Shown: piece by piece, positions 54,189-60,307 of the stretch
How the letters are laid out: each line of letters starts with the position of its first letter
Numbering within the stretch: the first letter of the stretch is position 1
Assembly (NCBI GenBank): GCA_032128115.1
Contig: JAQBHB010000084.1
Location: 1-60,307, forward strand
From: Deltaproteobacteria bacterium
Lineage (GTDB): Bacteria; Myxococcota_A; UBA9160; SMWR01
DNA length: 60,307 nucleotides
Reading direction: 5' to 3'
Notes under the pieces: model-generated
Database searches by the model: none
What the model was told of the DNA's origin: nothing
Seen by the model: the letters and a program-made list of their open reading frames with translations, nothing else
Translations under genes and position numbers: made by a program

Positions 54189-55145
54189 GTGAACTACCGG
54201 AATCTCGGCCGCAGCGGACTGCAGGTGAGCGAAGTATCGCTGGGTTCGTGGCTCACGTTCGGTTCGAGCGTCGACCGCAAGGCAACCCGCGAGATCGTCC
54301 TCCGGGCCTACGACCTGGGTGTCAATCTCTTCGACACGGCCGACGTCTATGCCCACGGCCGCGGAGAAGAGGCCGTGGGCTTCGCGCTTCGGGACATCCC
54401 CCGCCACACCGTGGTGATCGCCACCAAGGCCTTCTTTCCCATGTCGCCGCGCCCCAACGATCGGGGCCTCTCGCGCAAGCACCTGTTCGAGAGCGTCGAG
54501 GCGTCGCTGCGCCGACTGGGCACCGAATACCTGGACCTGCACCAATGCCACCGACCCGACCCGGAGACGCCCATGGAGGAGACCGTCAGCGCCTACGAGG
54601 ACCTGGTTCGTCAGGGAAAGCTGCTCTACTGGGGGGTGTCCCAATGGCAGGCACACCACATCGAGGAGGCCTGCCGCATCGCCGATGCGCGGCGCGCATA
54701 CCGCCCGGTCTCGAACCAGCCCCAGTACTCCATCCTGCGCCGCCAGATCGAGGCCGAGGTGCTGCCCACCTGCGAACGCGAAGGCCTGGGCCAGATCGTG
54801 TACAGCCCCATGGGCCAGGGCGTCCTCACCGGCAAGTACTCCGGCGGCGTCCTGCCGCCAGGCACCCGGGCCACCGACGAGCAGCGCAATCAGTTCATGC
54901 AGTCGTATCTCGCGTCCGACGTGCTTGCGCGCGTCGACAAGCTCGAACCCCTGGCCCGGGACCTGGGCCTCAGCATGGCCCAGTTTGCCCTGGCCTGGTG
55001 CCTTCGCCACCGTTCGGTGTCTAGCGTGATCGTGGGGGCCACGAATCCCGCCCAGCTGGAGGACAACGTGGGCGCGGCCGGCGCGATCCTCGCCCCCGAG
55101 ATCACCGCCGAAATCGACGCCATCTTCCCGGCGCCGACGCCATGA
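54189..55145 (+). CDS. Aldo/keto reductase
   Basis: YRNLGRSGL, FDTADVY, GLSRKH, YSPMGQG. Confidence 0.95.
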   Translation: MNYRNLGRSGLQVSEVSLGSWLTFGSSVDRKATREIVLRAYDLGVNLFDTADVYAHGRGEEAVGFALRDIPRHTVVIATKAFFPMSPRPNDRGLSRKHLFESVEASLRRLGTEYLDLHQCHRPDPETPMEETVSAYEDLVRQGKLLYWGVSQWQAHHIEEACRIADARRAYRPVSNQPQYSILRRQIEAEVLPTCEREGLGQIVYSPMGQGVLTGKYSGGVLPPGTRATDEQRNQFMQSYLASDVLARVDKLEPLARDLGLSMAQFALAWCLRHRSVSSVIVGATNPAQLEDNVGAAGAILAPEITAEIDAIFPAPTP

Positions 55146-55164
55146 ACGCGCGGCGGACGACTCG

Positions 55165-56637
55165 TTGAGCCGACACCTGCGCAGCGAGGCCGTCGTCATC
55201 GGGTCCGGTGCCGGAGGCGGCCCCGCGGCGGCCGCCCTGGCCGAATCCGGGCTCGACGTGCTGGTGCTGGAGGCCGGGCCTCGTCTGTCTGCCCGCGATT
55301 TCAGCGCCGACGAGTCCGAGATGCGCCTGCGCCTGGGGCGCGCCCTCACCACGGCCGACGCGGGCCAGAGCCTCTACGCGGGGCGCTGCGTGGGCGGGTC
55401 GACGGTGATCAACGACTGCCTTTGCTGGCGCACGCCGCCGGAGGTGCTCGACTCGTGGCGTCGCGAATACGGTCTCGTCGACCTGGACGATGTGAACTTC
55501 GGCTCTTTCGTGGAGCGCGTCTGGCGCGACGTGCACGCGGAACCCACGGACCGCTCCCATATCAATCGCAACGCGCACCGGCTCGAATTGGGCGCCCGGC
55601 GCCTGGGGTGGGCCGCCGGACCCATGTGGCGCAACGTGCGCGGGTGCGCGGGACTGGGACGCTGCAATTTCGGTTGCCCCATCGATGCCAAGCAATCGAG
55701 CCTGGTCACGTGGGTGCCCCGAGCCGAACGCGCGGGCGCGCGCGTGCTGGCCAACGCCCGTGTGGATCGCATCCGGGTCGAAGCCGGCGCGGTGGCCGGG
55801 GTAGACGTCACGACCCTTCACCCGGACACGGGCGCACCGCTGGCGGCGCTGCGCGTGGACGCGCCTCGGGTGTGCCTGGCGGCAGGCGTCCTGGCCTCGG
55901 GATCCCTGCTCCAGCGCAGCGGCATCGCCCCCCACGCCAGCGGCCGCGGCCTGCAGTTCCACTCGAGTGTCTACGTCACTGGGCGCTTTCGCGAGCCGGT
56001 GCACGGCTACTTCGGCCCCACCATGGCCTACGCCATCTCCGAATTCAGCAACGTGAACGGGCACGCCGGGCCGGGCTACATGCTCGAGAACACCGCCGTG
56101 CAGCCGCTCCAGACCGCGTCGGTGCTGCCCGACGCGGGCGAGCTCCACGCCCGCGCCATGGCCGCCCTGCCCCATCTGGCGCACACGGTGGTCGTGCTGC
56201 GCGACCACACCCGCGGTCGGGTCGAAACCCGTCGCGACGGCAGCGTGCAGATCCACCACGCCCTCGGAGACGATGACCTTGCGCGCCTGCGTCACGGCAT
56301 GACCCGTGCCGCCCAGGCCTACCTGGCTGCGGATGCGGTGGAGGTTCACCTCCCCGTGCACGGCTACGGGCCCGTGCGGAACGAATCCGACCTCGAGCGG
56401 CTCGCGCTCATCCCGTTGGATCGCAGCCGACTCTCCCTGGTGTACGCCGTGCACCTGTTCGGCGGAGCGGTCATGGGAGGCCGGCGCGAGGGCAGCGTGT
56501 GCGCACCGGACGGCGCGTGCTGGGACGTGCGAGGCCTGTACGTGACCGATGCGTCGGGCCTCCCGAGCAACACCGGCGTGAATCCCCAGATCACGGTCAT
56601 GGCCAATGCGCTGCGCGTGGCCGCGGGCATCGCGTGA
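55165..56637 (+). CDS. GMC-family FAD oxidoreductase
   Basis: VIGSGAGG, GRCVGGSTVIN, CAGLGRCNFGC, PSNTGVNPQIT. Confidence 0.92.
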   Translation: MSRHLRSEAVVIGSGAGGGPAAAALAESGLDVLVLEAGPRLSARDFSADESEMRLRLGRALTTADAGQSLYAGRCVGGSTVINDCLCWRTPPEVLDSWRREYGLVDLDDVNFGSFVERVWRDVHAEPTDRSHINRNAHRLELGARRLGWAAGPMWRNVRGCAGLGRCNFGCPIDAKQSSLVTWVPRAERAGARVLANARVDRIRVEAGAVAGVDVTTLHPDTGAPLAALRVDAPRVCLAAGVLASGSLLQRSGIAPHASGRGLQFHSSVYVTGRFREPVHGYFGPTMAYAISEFSNVNGHAGPGYMLENTAVQPLQTASVLPDAGELHARAMAALPHLAHTVVVLRDHTRGRVETRRDGSVQIHHALGDDDLARLRHGMTRAAQAYLAADAVEVHLPVHGYGPVRNESDLERLALIPLDRSRLSLVYAVHLFGGAVMGGRREGSVCAPDGACWDVRGLYVTDASGLPSNTGVNPQITVMANALRVAAGIA

Positions 56638-56688
56638 GCGGCGCACCCGGCATCCGCGGGCATCGCGTGAGCGGCGCACCCGGCATCC
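56621..56688. repeat. 33-bp tandem duplication across the GMC stop and next start
   Basis: CCGCGGGCATCGCGTGAGCGGCGCACCCGGCAT at 56621 and 56654. Confidence 0.92.
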
Positions 56689-57263
56689 AGGACGTCGCGC
56701 GTGTGTGTGCGGCCCTGGACCGTCGCGCCTTCTTGCGTGGACTCGGATTGGCGGCGGGCGCCGGGCTGCTTCCCACCGGATGCGATGACGCCCCGGGACA
56801 GTTTGCCCCGGCCCCGGACCAGGAACTTCTTCACCTGACGCCCCGCAGCTACGCGGTGCTCACCGCGGCGGCGGAGCGGATCGTCGGTGGCCGAGGCGCG
56901 GACTGGATCCGATCGCGCCAGGTCGATCCCGGTGCCCACGCGGACGCCTTCCTGGCGGCTGCGCCCGCATTCGCCCCGCCGCTGGAACAAGCCCTGCTGG
57001 CCCTGGAGTTCGCTGTGTTCCCCCTGATCGGGAAGCTCCGGCCCTTCACGAGCCTGAGCGAAGCCGGCCGGGATGCCGTCCTGTCCGAGCTGGCCGGCTC
57101 GCGCCTGGAACTCAAACGCATGCTTTTTGGCGGGGTTCGCGCGATCTCCCTGCTGGGCTTCTACAGCGCTCGCGAAACCCACGCGCTGATCGGATACCCC
57201 GACCCGGATCAGGTGGGCGGCGCCACGATCCGCGATGCCATGACGTACCCCCTCGACTGGTGA
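56634..57263 (+). CDS. Tat-exported partner of the GMC oxidoreductase (gluconate 2-dehydrogenase subunit 3-like)
   Basis: DRRAFLRG twin-arginine motif, LLPTGC, PFTSLS, GFYS...IGYP. Start 56634 or 56667. Confidence 0.7.
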   Translation: MSGAPGIRGHRVSGAPGIQDVARVCAALDRRAFLRGLGLAAGAGLLPTGCDDAPGQFAPAPDQELLHLTPRSYAVLTAAAERIVGGRGADWIRSRQVDPGAHADAFLAAAPAFAPPLEQALLALEFAVFPLIGKLRPFTSLSEAGRDAVLSELAGSRLELKRMLFGGVRAISLLGFYSARETHALIGYPDPDQVGGATIRDAMTYPLDW

Positions 57264-57361
57264 CAGCCGGCGCTCCCGGTGTACGCTCCCGGCCCAGCCG
57301 TGGGGTGGGGGCCCCGGGCGCGCCAGGCGAGCCCGCCGCTCGGTCCATCCAGGGGGGATCC

Positions 57362-58348
57362 ATGGCTTCGCGATATCCGTTCCCGGGCATTCCGAGCGGC
57401 TGGTACGTGGCGGGGAAGACCAGCGAGCTCAAACGCGGCGACATCATGAGCCGGCGCTACTTCGCCAGGGACCTGGTCTTTCTCCGCACCGGGTCCGGTG
57501 TCCTGCACGCTCTCGATGCCCACTGCCCCCACATGGGGGCCCATCTGGGCCATGGGGGACGGATCGAGGGCGAGATCCTCCGCTGCCCCTTCCACGGCTT
57601 CTGCTTCGACGGCGCCGGGCGCTGCGTCTCCACCCCCTACGGAACGCGTCCGCCCGATCGAGCCCGACTGCGGACGTGGCCGGTGTTGGAGCGGAACGGG
57701 CTGATCCAGGTGTACTACGACGCGCACGGCGAGAAACCCGACTGGGAGGTTCCGCTTCGCGACGACGAGACCTGGACGCCCATCTCCATCAAGAAGTACG
57801 ACCTCTACACCCACCCGCAGGAGACCAGCGAGAACAGCGTCGACTTCGGGCACTTCACCAGCGTCCACAACTTTCTCGACGCGGGAATGTCGCGCGGCGT
57901 CAGTACCGAGGGCCCGCTTCTGACCAGCGGCTACTACATCGTGCGCAGTCTGGACATGCTCGGCCTGCCAAAGCGGGGCGTGCGCGCGGAATTCGACGTC
58001 TCGGCGTGGGGTCTGGGCTTCTCGCTCGTGGAACTCCACCTGCCCGCATTCAAGGCCAGGCTCCGCATGTACGTGCTCCCCACTCCGATCGACGACGAAC
58101 GGACCGAACTGCGGCTCGGCACCCAGATGAAGCGCCTGTCGTGGGGCCCCATCTCGCGGCCCATGACCCATCTGATCCGCGCCATCGCATTCAAGGCGCT
58201 CTGCATCGAGGTGGAGCAGGACATCCCGGTGTGGGAGAACAAGATCTACGTGGAGCCGCCGGCCCTGGCCAAGGGCGACGGGCCCATCGCCGCCTACCGC
58301 AGCTGGGCGCGCCAGTTCTACCCGCGATCTGCGGGCAGCGACGCCTGA
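57362..58348 (+). CDS. Rieske oxygenase, KshA/cholesterol 7-desaturase-like
   Basis: CPHMGAHL, CPFHG, ENSVDFGHFTSVH, DIPVWENKIY...GDGPIAAYRSWARQFY. Confidence 0.85.
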   Translation: MASRYPFPGIPSGWYVAGKTSELKRGDIMSRRYFARDLVFLRTGSGVLHALDAHCPHMGAHLGHGGRIEGEILRCPFHGFCFDGAGRCVSTPYGTRPPDRARLRTWPVLERNGLIQVYYDAHGEKPDWEVPLRDDETWTPISIKKYDLYTHPQETSENSVDFGHFTSVHNFLDAGMSRGVSTEGPLLTSGYYIVRSLDMLGLPKRGVRAEFDVSAWGLGFSLVELHLPAFKARLRMYVLPTPIDDERTELRLGTQMKRLSWGPISRPMTHLIRAIAFKALCIEVEQDIPVWENKIYVEPPALAKGDGPIAAYRSWARQFYPRSAGSDA

Positions 58349-58442
58349 CGGCAAGAACGCGCTTCCCCCGCGCTTGCGACTGCGGGTAGAATCCTCGAAG
58401 TCACATCAACCCAATTCGTGACGATTCTCGAGGAGCACCTGC

Positions 58443-59981
58443 ATGTATCCGGGTGAGCTGGCGAAATCCATTCCCGACCGGATCGCCTACCGGATGGCCG
58501 CCAGCGGCGAGACGGTGACCTACCGCCAGCTCGACGAGCGATCGAACCAGGGAGCGCAGCTGTTCCGCTCCCTGGGGCTCAGGCCCGGCGACTGCATCGC
58601 GCTCTTCATGGAGAACCATCCGCGCTTCTTCGAACTCTGCTGGGCCGCCCAGCGCTCGGGGCTCGTGTACACCACGATCAGCTCGCGCCTGATCGCACCG
58701 GAGGTGGAGTACATCCTCAAGGACTGCGGCGCAAAGGTCTTCATCACGTCCCACGCCAAGCGCGACGTGGCGGCCGAGCTGTCCGGCGCCATCTCGGGAC
58801 TCGAACGCTACATGGTCGGGGGCACGGCCCCCGGATTCCAGTCGTATGAGGAGGCCGCCCGCGCCCTCCCCGCCCTTCCGATCGACGACGAGATCGAGGG
58901 CGTGGACATGCTCTACTCGTCTGGCACCACCGGGCGGCCCAAGGGCGTTCGCATCGAGGGAGCCGGCCAACCCATCGGGACGCCTCCGGCGCTCGTGGCC
59001 CTGCTCAAGGCGATCTACGGAGTGGCAGACGATGCCGTGTACCTGTCGCCGGCGCCCCTCTACCACGCGGCGCCCCTGCGCTTCAACATGGCCATGCTTC
59101 GGCTCGGCGCCACCTGCGTGATCATGGAGGAGTTCGACGCCGTCGAGGCACTCCGATTGATCGAGGAACACGGGGTGACCCACAGCCAGTGGGTGCCCTC
59201 CATGTTCGTGCGCATGTTCAAGCTGCCCGAGGAGATCCGCAGGAAGCACGACGTGTCCAGCCTGCGAGTCGCCATCCACGCCGCCGCCCCCTGCCCGATT
59301 CCGGTCAAGGAGAAGATGATCGACTGGTGGGGCCCCGTGCTCTTCGAGTACTACGCCGGAACCGAGTCCAACGGCTTCACCTCCATCAGCTCGGAGGAGT
59401 GGATCGCCCACAAGGGCTCGGTGGGACGTCCGCTCCGGGGCGGGGTCCACATCGTAGACGACGAAGGCAACGAGCTGCCCGCCGGCAGCTCCGGGGGCAT
59501 CTACTTCGCGGGCGGGGGAACGTTCGAGTACCACAACGACCCCGACAAGACCGAGAATTCACGGCACCGGGAGGGCTGGTCGACCCTTGGCGACATCGGG
59601 TACCTGGACGAAGAGGGCTACCTGTATCTCACCGACCGCAAGGCCAACATGATCATCTCGGGTGGCGTGAACATCTACCCGGCCGAAGCCGAGAACGCGC
59701 TCATCACCCACCCCGACGTGGCGGACGTGGCGGTCTTCGGCATCCCCAACGAGGACTTCGGCGAAGAGGTGAAGGCGGTGGTCCAGCCGGCAGACATGTC
59801 GCGGGCGGGCCCGGACCTGGAGAGGGAACTGATCGACTACTGCCTCTCCCAGCTCTCGAAGATCAAGTGTCCGCGGTCCATCGACTTCGAAGCCGAACTC
59901 CCGCGCCATCCGACCGGCAAGCTCTACAAGCGGCTGCTCAAAGACCGCTACTGGGGCAAGCGCGACTCGCGCATCGTCTAG
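58443..59981 (+). CDS. Acyl-CoA synthetase (AMP-forming)
   Basis: YSSGTTGRPKG, YYAGTE, GDIGYLD, ISGGVNIYP, TGKL. Confidence 0.95.
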   Translation: MYPGELAKSIPDRIAYRMAASGETVTYRQLDERSNQGAQLFRSLGLRPGDCIALFMENHPRFFELCWAAQRSGLVYTTISSRLIAPEVEYILKDCGAKVFITSHAKRDVAAELSGAISGLERYMVGGTAPGFQSYEEAARALPALPIDDEIEGVDMLYSSGTTGRPKGVRIEGAGQPIGTPPALVALLKAIYGVADDAVYLSPAPLYHAAPLRFNMAMLRLGATCVIMEEFDAVEALRLIEEHGVTHSQWVPSMFVRMFKLPEEIRRKHDVSSLRVAIHAAAPCPIPVKEKMIDWWGPVLFEYYAGTESNGFTSISSEEWIAHKGSVGRPLRGGVHIVDDEGNELPAGSSGGIYFAGGGTFEYHNDPDKTENSRHREGWSTLGDIGYLDEEGYLYLTDRKANMIISGGVNIYPAEAENALITHPDVADVAVFGIPNEDFGEEVKAVVQPADMSRAGPDLERELIDYCLSQLSKIKCPRSIDFEAELPRHPTGKLYKRLLKDRYWGKRDSRIV

Positions 59982-60307
59982 GACCTGGCGAACTCGGAGG
60001 CGCGATAGACGCGGGGGCGGGGCGGGGCTTCCAGCTCCGGACTCGGGTCCTGGAGCACCCGCAGGGCATCCGCTGCATCCTCGTCGCTGAAGGCCCTGGT
60101 CGTGGTGCAGAACTCCACCAGGATGCCGTTCGGGTCGGTCGCGTAGATGGAGGTGCACCAGACGTGATCGACCTCGTGGACGTCGTGCCCGTGGTCGAGC
60201 CAGCGCTTGCGGCGCGCGGCCAGGTCGTCGAGATCGCGCGCCTCGAAGGCGAGGTGGTTCGCCCAACGCGGGAGCCCGAGGCCCTCGGAGATCGCGCTCG
60301 ACCACGT
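59978..60307 (-). CDS. VOC/glyoxalase-family protein, 3' part only
   Basis: Own translation: ...WANHLAFEARD...DHVWCTSIYATDPNGILVEFC...EFARS*; frame open to the window end. Confidence 0.85.
   Translation of the reverse strand, partial: TWSSAISEGLGLPRWANHLAFEARDLDDLAARRKRWLDHGHDVHEVDHVWCTSIYATDPNGILVEFCTTTRAFSDEDAADALRVLQDPSPELEAPPRPRVYRASEFARS

Overview
A high-GC (~70%) bacterial window. TIGR02266-type PilZ proteins, DUF4388, PEP-CTERM tails and HpnN suggest a Myxococcota/deltaproteobacterial lineage (inference). From left to right it holds: two IS3-family relics, PilZ proteins and a hybrid kinase next to an elongator tRNA-Met(CAT); a co-oriented minus-strand block (6.9-19.4 kb); housekeeping and accessory genes (dCMP deaminase-kinase fusion, rmd-like SDR, prmA, aminopeptidase, MoxR/DUF58/transglutaminase, queE, dgt, aminotransferase); a cobalamin-riboswitch-controlled TonB receptor operon with a PEP-CTERM protein and a probable B12-binding surface protein; and a lipid/sterol-type cluster. 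The 6.9-19.4 kb block encodes a LolA-like protein, an FG-GAP/ASPIC-UnbV lipoprotein, a YcgR/PilZ + LuxD-like thioesterase + SAM-methyltransferase fusion, an MMPL exporter and two hybrid kinases. There are two best candidates for new biology. (1) The FG-GAP/ASPIC gene is split by one in-frame TGA followed by a hairpin with a GGUC loop that resembles a bacterial SECIS, so it may be an unannotated selenoprotein. (2) The block resembles a c-di-GMP-gated, Ralstonia phcBSR-like lipid-ester signalling (quorum-sensing-like) circuit. All family assignments come from motif reading by eye; no database searches were run.
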